Positions 18,647 to 28,037 are shown, counted from the first letter of the stretch. The stretch: DNA of 64,000 nucleotides from Candidatus Multivorans sp. (GCA_965247095.1 OZ251997.1:1216001-1280000); one strand, 5' to 3'. Notes: a model not told the origin generated them from the sequence alone. Numbers and translations: made by a program.

Positions 18647-19408
18647 TTGACCGGGGGGACCCGCGAGCTACCGTACCGCTCCCGAGTGTTCCCATTGCCC
18701 AAGACACACCTGATCGAACACCAGGACGCTACGGAAGACGACCATCTCGACTTCATCGTGTGGGTCCTGTCGTTCTTCGTCGGCATGCGACTGACGACGA
18801 CCGAGGCGGGCTTTCTCGACGCCACTCCGATACGCAGAGGAATGCTCGTCGATTTCGTCTTGGTGGGCCAAAGCCTGATTCGAGCGCTCGAACTCGCCGA
18901 CTTGTTCTGGACCGAGAACCCTCCCGAGACGCGCAATGCCCAGCGCTTTGAGGCGGCAGTGAACGCCCTGTTTCTCGGCCAGTATCCGCAGGCCTTGCAA
19001 TTCGAGAGGTTCATCTACCTCTACACGGCGATTGACGCGTGCTATCGCTTGACGGCAGCCCTCAGGAACTTCAAGAACCGGCACTCCCATAGTCAAAGGA
19101 TCGAGCGGATGTGCCAAGAACTCGGAGTCGAGATACCAGCTTGGGCCGAGTCCTCGGAGACTGATCTGGGAACAACCAAAGTGTCGCCGATCCGGAACGA
19201 CGCCCTGCACGAAGCCCTATTCAAGGGCGAGCCGTTCGGCTTCGCAGTGCACAGGTTCAACTCCGAAGGAAGACCCGAACTCCCAATCGACTTCGAGATG
19301 AGAAACCTCGTGTGCCGATTGCTCGTCGCACTCATCGGCGGAAACGATCTCTCCTACCTCAAGTCGCCGGTGAACTCCCGGCAACGCCGCGGTCTCACTC
19401 TGAGCTGA
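18647..19408 (+). CDS. HEPN-motif protein (ApeA-like C-terminus), probably 5'-truncated
   Basis: ERFIYLYTAIDA helix plus RNDALH (Rx4H) at 19193-19210; only a weak TTG start with no clear SD. Confidence 0.6.
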   Translation: MTGGTRELPYRSRVFPLPKTHLIEHQDATEDDHLDFIVWVLSFFVGMRLTTTEAGFLDATPIRRGMLVDFVLVGQSLIRALELADLFWTENPPETRNAQRFEAAVNALFLGQYPQALQFERFIYLYTAIDACYRLTAALRNFKNRHSHSQRIERMCQELGVEIPAWAESSETDLGTTKVSPIRNDALHEALFKGEPFGFAVHRFNSEGRPELPIDFEMRNLVCRLLVALIGGNDLSYLKSPVNSRQRRGLTLS

Positions 19409-19470
19409 GCGATTGTGGAGTGCCGCCCGGCAGGCGCACTTCTTCTATCTCCCCTAGCGGGGCAACCGAC

Positions 19471-20511
19471 CTACAGCACCGCCTCCGCGATCGCGTCCAG
19501 GGCTTCCGGCTGCTGGCAGCCGAGCAGCATCGAGGCGACGTGGCCCTTGCCGGCGGCTTCCTTCCACGCCGCCAGACGGTCGATGATCCGCTCCTTCGGG
19601 CCGACCAGGGCGACGTCGTCGACAAGGGCGTCGGGCACGGCGCCGATCGCCTCGCTCCGCTTGCCGCCGAGGAAGTTGTCCTGGATCGCCCTGGCCTCGT
19701 CCGGGTAGCCGAGGCGCTTGGCGTAGTCGTTGTAGAAGTTCTTGTCGCGCGCGCCCATGCCGCCGATGTAGAGGGCCATGTTCCTCTTGACCGGTGTCCG
19801 GCACTGCTCCACGTCGTTTCCCATGACGACGGTGACGAAGGGCATGACCTTGAAGTCGTCGAGGCTCTTGCCGTTGCCGGCCTTGGCCAGGCCGCGATCG
19901 ATGGCGTCCTCGAACACGTCGAAGCGTTCCGGGTTCATCCACACGGGGAACACGCCGTCGGCGACTTCGGCGCTGCACTCGACGCCCTTGGCGCTGATCG
20001 AGGCGGTGTAGATCGGGATCGACGTATCGGCCGCCAGGATGCTCTTGAGCGGCTTGCCGAGACCCGTGCCGTCCTCGCCCCGGTACGGCAACTGGTAGTG
20101 GTAGCCGTCGTGGGTGACCGGCGCCTCCCGGGCGAAGACCTTGCGCATGATCTCGATGTACTCCTTCGTGCGCGTCAGCGGACGGCCGTAGGCGACGCCG
20201 TGCCAACCCTCGATCACCTGAGGGCCGGACGGTCCGAGACCGAGCAGGAAACGTCCGCCGGAAAGCTGGTTCAGGGTCATCGCCGTCATCGCGGTCATCG
20301 CGGGGCTGCGCGCCGGCATCTGCATGATCGCCGTGCCGACCTTGATCTTCTCGGTCTGGGCGAGGATCCACGCCGCCGGCGTCACCGCGTCGGAGCCGTA
20401 GGCCTCGGCCGTCCAGACGGACGTGAAACCGGCGCTCTCCGCCTGGCGGATGCGGTCGATCGGGAGTTTCATCTGGCTGCCGAAGGCGCCGGCGAGCAGT
20501 CCTAGTTCCAT
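19471..20511 (-). CDS. LLM-class F420-dependent oxidoreductase
   Basis: VWTAEAYGSDA, GTAIMQMPARSPAMTAMTA.TL..LSGGRF.LGLGPSGPQVIEGWHG and ALYIGGMGA...NFYN. Confidence 0.93.
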   Translation of the reverse strand: MELGLLAGAFGSQMKLPIDRIRQAESAGFTSVWTAEAYGSDAVTPAAWILAQTEKIKVGTAIMQMPARSPAMTAMTAMTLNQLSGGRFLLGLGPSGPQVIEGWHGVAYGRPLTRTKEYIEIMRKVFAREAPVTHDGYHYQLPYRGEDGTGLGKPLKSILAADTSIPIYTASISAKGVECSAEVADGVFPVWMNPERFDVFEDAIDRGLAKAGNGKSLDDFKVMPFVTVVMGNDVEQCRTPVKRNMALYIGGMGARDKNFYNDYAKRLGYPDEARAIQDNFLGGKRSEAIGAVPDALVDDVALVGPKERIIDRLAAWKEAAGKGHVASMLLGCQQPEALDAIAEAVL

Positions 20512-20722
20512 GGTCCGGTCTCCAAAGTCACTGGTTTCTTTGTGGGTTCCTGGAGCGAAACGGGCGCGCCGCCAGAAGCTTGGGCCGCAGAACGTAGCGG
20601 AGTGAGTTCCAAGGCGCAAGGTCTAAGGTGAGGTGGGGGCTGGGGCCAAACACGGAGTCTGCGACGAGTTTGGCGGCGAGCAGCCCTCCGGGCGGCCGGC
20701 GCGTCGGGCATAGACTCCGGCC

Positions 20723-21553
20723 ATGTCACCGGTCAGCGAACCGCCCGGCCAGGGCGACGCGAGAGGCGCACGCAGGCCCCGCAGCCAGGTGCTGTGGCCC
20801 CTTGCCTTCGTCACGCTGACCCTGGGGTTGATCGTGGTGATCGTCATCGGCTTCGTGATCATCCGCGTCATGTCCATCCCGGGGGACGTGGTCTCGGGCA
20901 CCCGCGAACTCGCTCGCGATGCGGCCCTTGCCGTCGAACGGATTGCAGAGGCGTTTCAAACCGGCACCGTCCAGACTTCGTTCGTGAGCTACGCCACGGA
21001 GATCTCGGGCAGCGCCTTTCTCCAGTTCGCGACTCTCGACCAGACCGAGGTGCTGCAGCGCACCGACTCGGCCAGCCTGCTGTGGGGCCGGCTCAGGCTG
21101 CCGGACGTCATGGTCGAGGCGCGGGTTCCGGTCCGCTACACCTACTACCTGGACCTTGAGGCCGAGTGGCTGCTGACCCTCGAGGGAACGACGGTCACCG
21201 TACTGGCGCCCGGCGTGCGCGCGAACCGGCCGGCCGTGGACGCCTCGGCGATCGAGTACCGGGTGCAGGCGGATTCGGTCCTTCGCGACGCGGACGCGGT
21301 GCTCGAGCAGCTCCGTCTCCGCATCTCGGACCAGTTGGCCGCCCGCGCCGGCGAGAACATCGCTCTGGTGCGCGAATTGGGGCGCCGCAAGACGGCCGAT
21401 TTCGTGCGCACGTTCCTGCTCGCGCAGTTCGGCGACGACGTGGAGAGCTACCGGATCGAGGTGCGTTTCCGCGACGAGGTCGACGGCCTGCCCGCGTCGC
21501 CCGAGCCTGACCTCGGGCTTTCGCAGGGTGTGACCGAGGAAGAGCGGAATTGA
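20723..21553 (+). CDS. membrane-anchored hypothetical protein (DUF4230-like)
   Basis: Single N-terminal TM helix followed by V.A.VPV.Y.YY.DL...W pattern. Confidence 0.6.
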   Translation: MSPVSEPPGQGDARGARRPRSQVLWPLAFVTLTLGLIVVIVIGFVIIRVMSIPGDVVSGTRELARDAALAVERIAEAFQTGTVQTSFVSYATEISGSAFLQFATLDQTEVLQRTDSASLLWGRLRLPDVMVEARVPVRYTYYLDLEAEWLLTLEGTTVTVLAPGVRANRPAVDASAIEYRVQADSVLRDADAVLEQLRLRISDQLAARAGENIALVRELGRRKTADFVRTFLLAQFGDDVESYRIEVRFRDEVDGLPASPEPDLGLSQGVTEEERN

Positions 21554-22857
21554 CTGACCGGCTGGCGCGCCGGCGCCAGCGACTCCGGGCGCGACAGGCG
21601 GACCGTTTCGGCCGCATGGCGGAGCAGGTCCACGTCCACAACCGCTTCTACCGCGCGAAGTGGATGGCCGCCGGGTTCGACCGCCCGCCCACGCTGGACG
21701 ACTTGAGGGATCTGCCGTTCACCACCAAGGACGAACTCGCCGCCGACCAGAACACGAGTTCGCCTTGGGGCACCAACCTCACCTTCCCGCTCGATCGCTA
21801 CGTCAGGGTCCACCGCACTTCGGGAACCACCGGCCAACCCCTCCGCTGGCTCGACACGCCGGCGAGCTGGCAGTGGTTCCTCGACTGCTGGCTCGCGGTC
21901 TATGAGGGCGCCGGCGTTACTCCCGCTGACCGGGTCTTCACGGCCTTCGGTTTCGGTCCCTTCATCGGCTTCTGGACCGCGTTCGAGGCGGCGCAGCAGC
22001 TTGGCTGTCTGGTCATGCCGGGAGGTCACCTCAGCACCGAGCAGCGGCTGCGGCTCATGCTCGATGACCAGGCCACGGCGCTGCTGTCGACACCGACCTA
22101 CGCCCTGCGCCTGCTGGAGGTCGCGTCCCGCCTCGGCGTCGACATCGCTGGCAGCACCGTCCAACGAACGATCCATGCCGGCGAGCCGGGCGCGGGCGTC
22201 CCGGCAGTCAAACGCCAACTCGCTGAGGGATTCGGCGCCCAGGTCTTCGACCACGCCGGCGCCACGGAGGTCGGCGCCTGGGGCATTCCCTGCGGCGTCG
22301 CCGAACACCTTCACATCCACGAGGAGGAGTTCGTCGTCGAGTGGCTCGACCGGTCCACCGGCGAACTGATCGAGCCGCTCGATCCCGAATCGCACGCGCA
22401 TGAGGACCCAGTCCTCGGCGAACTCGTACTGACCAACCTGGGCCGGATCGGCAGCCCCGCCGTCCGTTACCGCACCGGCGACGTCGGTCGCCTGTACGCC
22501 GCCGGCTGTCCCTGCGGCCGCCCGACCGTGTACCTCGACGGCGGCGTTCTCGCACGTGCCGACGACATGTTCATCGTCCGCGGCGTCAACGTCTACCCGA
22601 GCGCGGTCGACGCGCTGATCCGCGAGGCCGGCGGCATCGTCGAGTACCGCGCCAAGGTGCGGCGACGCCGGCAGATGGTCGAGGTCGAACTGGAGGTCGA
22701 ACCGGAACCAGGCCGGGACGCCGGAGTTGTCCGGGCCCGGCTCCAGGAGCTGTTTCAGGAGCGCCTCAGCCTGCGGGTACCGGTGCGGATCGCGGCCGCC
22801 GGCTCCCTGCCCCGCTACGAACTGAAGGCAAACCGGCTGACGTTCGAGACGACGTAG
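21550..22857 (+). CDS. phenylacetate--CoA ligase / F390-synthetase family adenylate-forming enzyme
   Basis: LPFTTKDEL, TSGTTG, AGEPG, HAGATE, RYRTGD and RADDM..VRGVNVYPS. Confidence 0.88.
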   Translation: MTDRLARRRQRLRARQADRFGRMAEQVHVHNRFYRAKWMAAGFDRPPTLDDLRDLPFTTKDELAADQNTSSPWGTNLTFPLDRYVRVHRTSGTTGQPLRWLDTPASWQWFLDCWLAVYEGAGVTPADRVFTAFGFGPFIGFWTAFEAAQQLGCLVMPGGHLSTEQRLRLMLDDQATALLSTPTYALRLLEVASRLGVDIAGSTVQRTIHAGEPGAGVPAVKRQLAEGFGAQVFDHAGATEVGAWGIPCGVAEHLHIHEEEFVVEWLDRSTGELIEPLDPESHAHEDPVLGELVLTNLGRIGSPAVRYRTGDVGRLYAAGCPCGRPTVYLDGGVLARADDMFIVRGVNVYPSAVDALIREAGGIVEYRAKVRRRRQMVEVELEVEPEPGRDAGVVRARLQELFQERLSLRVPVRIAAAGSLPRYELKANRLTFETT

Positions 22858-22917
22858 CTGCAGCCAAACCGCCGACCAGCGCAGCCGCACCATGGACGGA
22901 AGCTACGAGCATGAACG

Positions 22918-22932
22918 GTAGGGCCGCCCTAC
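22918..22932. repeat. GTAG-type palindrome GTAGGGC-C-GCCCTAC
   Basis: Perfect 7-bp inverted repeat just upstream of the island promoter. Confidence 0.45.
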
Positions 22933-22933
22933 T

Positions 22934-22962
22934 TTGGTTCCAGCAGGTTCTCGACGCATAAT
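22934..22962 (+). promoter_or_regulatory. putative sigma70 promoter (TTGGTT-N17-CATAAT), leaderless start of the dual-OB/DUF488 operon
   Basis: The -10 hexamer lies 6 nt before ATG 22969 and there is no SD. Confidence 0.5.
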
Positions 22963-22968
22963 CAACCG

Positions 22969-23640
22969 ATGCCGCACGTCAAACGCATCCTCTGCTCCCG
23001 GAAACTGAGCGGGCGGTGTCTCGCCGGGCGGGAGTTCGACGGGCTCAAGGCGGGGCCGTGGATCCGGCCAGTTAGCGACCGCGAGCACGAGGAGGTCTCC
23101 GAGTACGAACGCCAGTACGAGGACGGAAGCGATCCGCGGGTTCTCGACGTGGTCGACGTACCGCTCCGCGAACCGCGTCCAAGCGGATACCAGGTTGAAA
23201 ACTGGCTGCTCGATCCGGAGTACTACTGGCAGAAAGCGGGGCGACTGCCCCAGACTGAGCTGCCGAAGTTCAGCGAGCCGCACCGGACTCTCTGGATCGA
23301 CGGGCACAGCACTAGGACCGGTAGGAACGACAAGATCCCGCTGGACCTCCTGCCGTGTGTCCAGAGTTCGCTCTGCCTGATCCATGTCGACACCCTGACA
23401 CTCGCCGTGTTCGCGCCAAGCGAGGCCTTCGGCAACCCGAAGCGCCGGGTGCAGGGTCGCTTCGCGCATGCCGGCAGCGACTACGCCTTCTGGGTCACTG
23501 ACCCGTCCTTCGAGAGGAAGTACCTGGCGCAGCCTGATGCCAACTACGAGATCGGCGAGAGCTACCTGACCGTCAGCGTGGGCGAGCCCTACCGCGATGC
23601 CTGCTACAAGCTGATCGCAGCCGTGATCGAGATCGACTGA
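22969..23640 (+). CDS. dual OB-fold domain protein
   Basis: SRKLSGRCLAG...WIRPVS...LDVVD.P....P..YQ.ENW...SL.LI...F...G.DY...VTDP...LTVS.GEP....CYKLIAAVI. Confidence 0.75.
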   Translation: MPHVKRILCSRKLSGRCLAGREFDGLKAGPWIRPVSDREHEEVSEYERQYEDGSDPRVLDVVDVPLREPRPSGYQVENWLLDPEYYWQKAGRLPQTELPKFSEPHRTLWIDGHSTRTGRNDKIPLDLLPCVQSSLCLIHVDTLTLAVFAPSEAFGNPKRRVQGRFAHAGSDYAFWVTDPSFERKYLAQPDANYEIGESYLTVSVGEPYRDACYKLIAAVIEID

Positions 23641-23647
23641 GACATCG

Positions 23648-24292
23648 ATGAGGCGCACTCACTGCTCCACGGTCTTCACCGTCGGCCATTCGAACCACCC
23701 GATCGAACGGTTCGAGGAACTGCTGCACATGTATGGAGTCACGGCCGTCGCCGACGTTCGCTCGGCGCCCTACAGCCGTTTCAGTCCGCAGTTCAACAAG
23801 GAAGAACTCTCCGCATGGCTGCACGACACTGGCATCGCCTACGTGTTCCTGGGGCGCGAGCTGGGTGGCCGCTCCGGCGATCCGTCCGACTACGAGGACG
23901 GGCGCGTCCGTTACGACCGGTTGGTGGCGAAACCGACCTTCGAATCCGGCATCGAACGTGTCCTGCGTGGGGCGTCGGTGGAGAGAATTGCCCTACTCTG
24001 CACTGAACGGGAACCGCTCGACTGCCACCGCACTTTGCTCGTCGCCCGCGTCCTGGCCGAGCGGGGTGTCCGTATTGAGCACATCCTCGCCGACGGCTCT
24101 TTGGAGAACCACGACCAGACGATGGACCGTCTGCTCGAGATGACAGGCCTGAAGCAGGCGAGCCTGTTCAACCGGGCCGGCGCGAGTGTCCGCAAAGCCG
24201 TCGACCCGATCACCGAAGCCATCGCGCTGCGCGCGGCACAGGTAGGCCACACGCGGACCGAACCGCCCACCAAGCACGAATCGAGACGCTGA
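23648..24292 (+). CDS. DUF488 family protein (long form)
   Basis: TVGHSNH, DVRS.PYSR..PQFN, ELGGR and LLCTEREPLDCHR...HI. Confidence 0.9.
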   Translation: MRRTHCSTVFTVGHSNHPIERFEELLHMYGVTAVADVRSAPYSRFSPQFNKEELSAWLHDTGIAYVFLGRELGGRSGDPSDYEDGRVRYDRLVAKPTFESGIERVLRGASVERIALLCTEREPLDCHRTLLVARVLAERGVRIEHILADGSLENHDQTMDRLLEMTGLKQASLFNRAGASVRKAVDPITEAIALRAAQVGHTRTEPPTKHESRR

Positions 24293-24729
24293 TGAGACTT
24301 TCCACAATCGGCTTCACGAAGAAGCCGGCATCCCGCTTCTTTAGCCTCCTGCGCAATTCCGGCGCCAAGAGGGTCGTCGATGTGCGGCTCCACAACGTGT
24401 CTCAGCTCGCCGGCTTTGCCAAGCGAGACGATCTGGCCTACTTTCTCCGCGAGATCTGCGGCATGGAGTACATCCACGTCCCGGAACTCGCCCCCACGAA
24501 GGACATCCTCGACGACTACAAGAAGCGCCACGGCGACTGGGAGACCTACGAGGTCCGCTTCCGCAAGCTAATGCGCGAACGCCGCATCGAGGAAACGGTC
24601 ACGAGAGAGATCATCTCGGAAGGCTGCCTCCTGTGCAGCGAGCACGAACCTCACCACTGCCACCGCCGCCTGGTCGCGGAGTACCTGAACGAACACTGGG
24701 GCGACATCGACGTAGCCCACTTGCAGTAG
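24292..24729 (+). CDS. DUF488 family protein (short form)
   Basis: TIGFTKK, DVRL.N.SQLAGFAK, LAPT and LLCSEHEPHHCHRRLVAEYL; TGATG coupling to the previous gene. Confidence 0.9.
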   Translation: MRLSTIGFTKKPASRFFSLLRNSGAKRVVDVRLHNVSQLAGFAKRDDLAYFLREICGMEYIHVPELAPTKDILDDYKKRHGDWETYEVRFRKLMRERRIEETVTREIISEGCLLCSEHEPHHCHRRLVAEYLNEHWGDIDVAHLQ

Positions 24730-24784
24730 GCCGTCCTGATCTGAGGACCAGCCTTGCTCCAGGCCCCCGACCCCCTTGGCTAGG

Positions 24785-26992
24785 CTAGGCCTGAACAACC
24801 ACCGGTCGGTTCAGGAACGCCAGCGCCGCGAACAGGACCGCGCCCAGACCATTCACCGCGATGCCCAGCGCGGGACCGCCCAGGTCGGGGACGAGCAGCA
24901 GAGCCGCGGCGACCAGCATCAGCGCCCGCAGCGGCGGACTCAGCGCGGCGCGCAGATAGCCGCTGATCCCGGCGGCCAGGGCAAGAATCCCGACCACCGC
25001 CGCGCCCAGCGCCAGCAGCAGGGGCGGCAGGCCCGCTGCCCCGGCCGCGAACAGGCTCGCCCCGTCGTCGTCCATCAGCAGCAGTGCCGGCCGGTACACG
25101 AACATGAAGGGCAGGGTGAACCCGACCAGGGAAAAACGGAACGCGGCCAAGGCCGTCGGCATCACCGGCGCCTGCGCCAGGCTGGCACTCGCATAGGCAG
25201 CGAGCGCGACCGGCGGCGTCACCATGGACATCATGCCGAAGTAGAAGATGAACAGGTGCGCGGCGAGCGGGATCACGCCGAGCTCCGACAGCAGCGACCC
25301 CATGAGTGTCGCCATCAGCAGGTAGCAGACCACGGACGGCACGCCCATGCCGAGGACGAGCGACGTGACCATGATCCCGAGCAGGGCCAGGAACAGGTTG
25401 GTCGCCACGACCGACTTGATCGCGGCGCTGAAGTCCACGGCGATCCCGGTCTGCTGCACGATGCCGATGATCGTGCCCACGCAGGCGCTCGCTGCCACCA
25501 GCGCAATCCCGTTGCGCGCCGCCTTGGTCAGCGCACCCAATATGTGCGGCCTCCAGGCGTGATGAATCAGCCCGAACACCAGGAGTCCGAGCATCGCTAC
25601 GATGCCCGAGGACAGCCACGATTCGAAGAGCTGCCGGAACGACGGGTCCGCCGGCGTGTCCGCCCACGCGAGTTGATGGACGATCGCCACCGCCGCGAAG
25701 CAGCCTGATGTCAGGTACCGCAGCCTCCGCGGCAGATCGAGCTCCTTGCGCAGCACGGCCAGGAGCAGGATCACGATCAACGAGCCAGTGACCGCACGGA
25801 ACGGAGAGAAGCGAAGCACCAGCAGCAGGATCAGCGTCCCGAGCGCGGAAACGAAGACGACCGCGTCGAAACGCCGGACCGGCGGCGGCTCGGCCTTCCG
25901 TTCCGGCGTCCCGATCCGTCTCGAGTAGAAGTGGACGATCAGGAAGATCGACAGGTAGAAGAGCACCGCGGGAAGCAGAGCCGCCTGCACGATCTGCAGG
26001 AAGGTCACCTGCGGCTCGACGATCTCGAGCATCATGTACGCGCCGGCGCCCATGACCGGAGGAACCAGCGCGCCGCCCGAGGCGGCGGCGGCCTCGACCG
26101 CGGCGGCGATGTGGCGCTTGAAGCCGTTGCTGCGCATCATCGGGATGGTGAAGGCGCCGGTGGTCACGGCATTCGCGACCGCGCTGCCGGACAGGGAGCC
26201 CAGGAGGCCGCTGCTGATGACGGCCACCTTCGCCGGCCCGCCCGGCTTGGTTCCAAACGCCCGTTCGGCGAAACGCATGATGAACTGCGTCGCTCCGGAC
26301 ATCTCGAGGAAGGCGCCGAAGACAACGAACAGGAAGACGTAGCGGAACATGACCGAGGCGGCCGGGCCGAACACGCCCAGACTCTGCAGGAACGTGGTGC
26401 TGACGACGTCGCGGGGGTTCTGGCCGGCGTGCGGGAAGAGCCAGTCCGGCAGCACCGGCCACCCGTTGCGGAGGCTGTAGAAGCAGTACAGCGTGTGGGC
26501 GACGAAGGCCAGGGCCAGCGCCGGCACGATCCAGCCGATGCTGCGGCGAGCCGCCTCGAGGACGAGCACCAGGCCGATCAGTCCCAGCACGATGTCGGCG
26601 CCGGTCTCGATGCCCGCCCTGTTTCCCAGCGACCTGCCACCCGACCAGAGGTGCTCGAAGGCCGGCTCCGTCTGCACGACGACGTAGGCGCAGGCTGCCG
26701 CGGCGCCAAGTCCGAGAACGAGGTCGAGACAGCGCAGCCAAGCCTTCGAAGCCAGCCTCGAGTGGACCGGGAAGGCGAGAAAGCAGAGCAGCAGACCCGA
26801 GCCGACGAACACCGCCAGGGACGACTGCGGCAGCAGGAGGTTGAAGTTCACCTCGAACAGGACGAAGAAACACAGGCCGACGCCCAGCGCCCCGATCAGG
26901 GCGCGGCGAAGGCTCTCAAGCCGCGCCGGGCCGGCGCCCGGCGCCGCGGCGCCGGCGGCGACTGGCGTAGGGGACTGCTCTGGCGCGCTCAA
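24785..26992 (-). CDS. TRAP transporter fused 4TM/12TM permease (TAXI type)
   Basis: GGPAKVAV.SS...GS.SGSAVAN..TTG.FTIP, PPVMGAGA, LGMG.P and TPPVALAAY. Confidence 0.94.
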   Translation of the reverse strand: MSAPEQSPTPVAAGAAAPGAGPARLESLRRALIGALGVGLCFFVLFEVNFNLLLPQSSLAVFVGSGLLLCFLAFPVHSRLASKAWLRCLDLVLGLGAAAACAYVVVQTEPAFEHLWSGGRSLGNRAGIETGADIVLGLIGLVLVLEAARRSIGWIVPALALAFVAHTLYCFYSLRNGWPVLPDWLFPHAGQNPRDVVSTTFLQSLGVFGPAASVMFRYVFLFVVFGAFLEMSGATQFIMRFAERAFGTKPGGPAKVAVISSGLLGSLSGSAVANAVTTGAFTIPMMRSNGFKRHIAAAVEAAAASGGALVPPVMGAGAYMMLEIVEPQVTFLQIVQAALLPAVLFYLSIFLIVHFYSRRIGTPERKAEPPPVRRFDAVVFVSALGTLILLLVLRFSPFRAVTGSLIVILLLAVLRKELDLPRRLRYLTSGCFAAVAIVHQLAWADTPADPSFRQLFESWLSSGIVAMLGLLVFGLIHHAWRPHILGALTKAARNGIALVAASACVGTIIGIVQQTGIAVDFSAAIKSVVATNLFLALLGIMVTSLVLGMGVPSVVCYLLMATLMGSLLSELGVIPLAAHLFIFYFGMMSMVTPPVALAAYASASLAQAPVMPTALAAFRFSLVGFTLPFMFVYRPALLLMDDDGASLFAAGAAGLPPLLLALGAAVVGILALAAGISGYLRAALSPPLRALMLVAAALLLVPDLGGPALGIAVNGLGAVLFAALAFLNRPVVVQA

Positions 26993-27969
26993 CCGGCGGC
27001 TTCTGGCCAGACGCCGACCTCGCGGTAGTAGCGCTCGGCGCCCGGATGGAAGGGCGTGCCGGTGTTGCGAGCAGCGTTCGCCTCGTTGATCGCGCGGCCG
27101 GCGGGATGCTTGTCGGCCACCGACTGGCGGTTCTCCCAGATCGTCTTCGTGATCTGATAGATCATCTCCTCATCCGCATCGGCTGACGTGATCAGGTGCA
27201 TGGAACCCACGTTCAGACCCGGATAGTCCTCCGTGAGGTCGGAGTAGGCGTCGGCCGGAATGCTCGCAAGCTGGAAGAAGGGATAGTCCCTGGCTAGCTG
27301 CTGCCGCTTCTCCTCGTCGAAGGGCAGGAAGCGGATGTCGTGAGTGCTGCAGGCCTGGGTCACCGCGCCGGTGGGCACCGCCCCGCCCAGAAAGGCGGCG
27401 TCGATCGAACCGTCGCCCAGCATGTCGACCGCGCCGCTCTGCGTGCTGTAGACCTGGGTGAAGTCGTCGTAGGTCACGCCGTGGGCGGCCAGTAGCGGTT
27501 CAACAAACATCTCGAAGCCGGCGCCGGCGACTCCCACCATTGCTCGCCGCCCCGCCAGATCGCTCATGCTCATCACGCCGGAGTCGGCCTTGGTGATGAA
27601 GGTCGCGATGTTCGGCGCCAGCGTCACGACCGCGCGGATGTCGTAGCTCTGCTCCCAACCCGACTCCCCGAGGACCGCGAAGTAGCTGATCGCCGAGTTG
27701 GACATCGCGAGTTGCAGCTCGCCGCGCACCAGCCGGCGGATGTTCTCCTGCGATCCCTTCGTGCCGCGCGGCTGCACCCGCCACTCGTTCTCGCCCCGGT
27801 TCTCGTTCAGGACCTCGGCGATCGCACCGCCGACAACCGGAAAGGCGCCGCCGACCGGCGCGGTTCCCATGCTCAGGAACTGCGGGCTGCCGGCGCCGCC
27901 GTCGCCAGCGTCACCGCAGGCGAGGAGAAGGGCGAACAGCGGGAGTGAAACGAGCGAACGGATCTTCAT
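26989..27969 (-). CDS. TAXI family TRAP solute-binding lipoprotein
   Basis: Lipobox LLAC, GTA..GG.F...G, T.GS.EN and P.HPGA.RYY.E. Confidence 0.93.
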   Translation of the reverse strand: MKIRSLVSLPLFALLLACGDAGDGGAGSPQFLSMGTAPVGGAFPVVGGAIAEVLNENRGENEWRVQPRGTKGSQENIRRLVRGELQLAMSNSAISYFAVLGESGWEQSYDIRAVVTLAPNIATFITKADSGVMSMSDLAGRRAMVGVAGAGFEMFVEPLLAAHGVTYDDFTQVYSTQSGAVDMLGDGSIDAAFLGGAVPTGAVTQACSTHDIRFLPFDEEKRQQLARDYPFFQLASIPADAYSDLTEDYPGLNVGSMHLITSADADEEMIYQITKTIWENRQSVADKHPAGRAINEANAARNTGTPFHPGAERYYREVGVWPEAAG

Positions 27970-28037
27970 GCGGGACTCCTCTCGGACCGCGAAAATGCAA
28001 GGACCGCCTGTTACGGAGCACGCGATCCTACCAGCCC

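Noticed and set aside
27985-28015. Possible sigma-54 site upstream of the TAXI operon (minus strand GGCGGTCCTTGCA)
   Set aside because: The GG-to-GC spacing is not 10 nt
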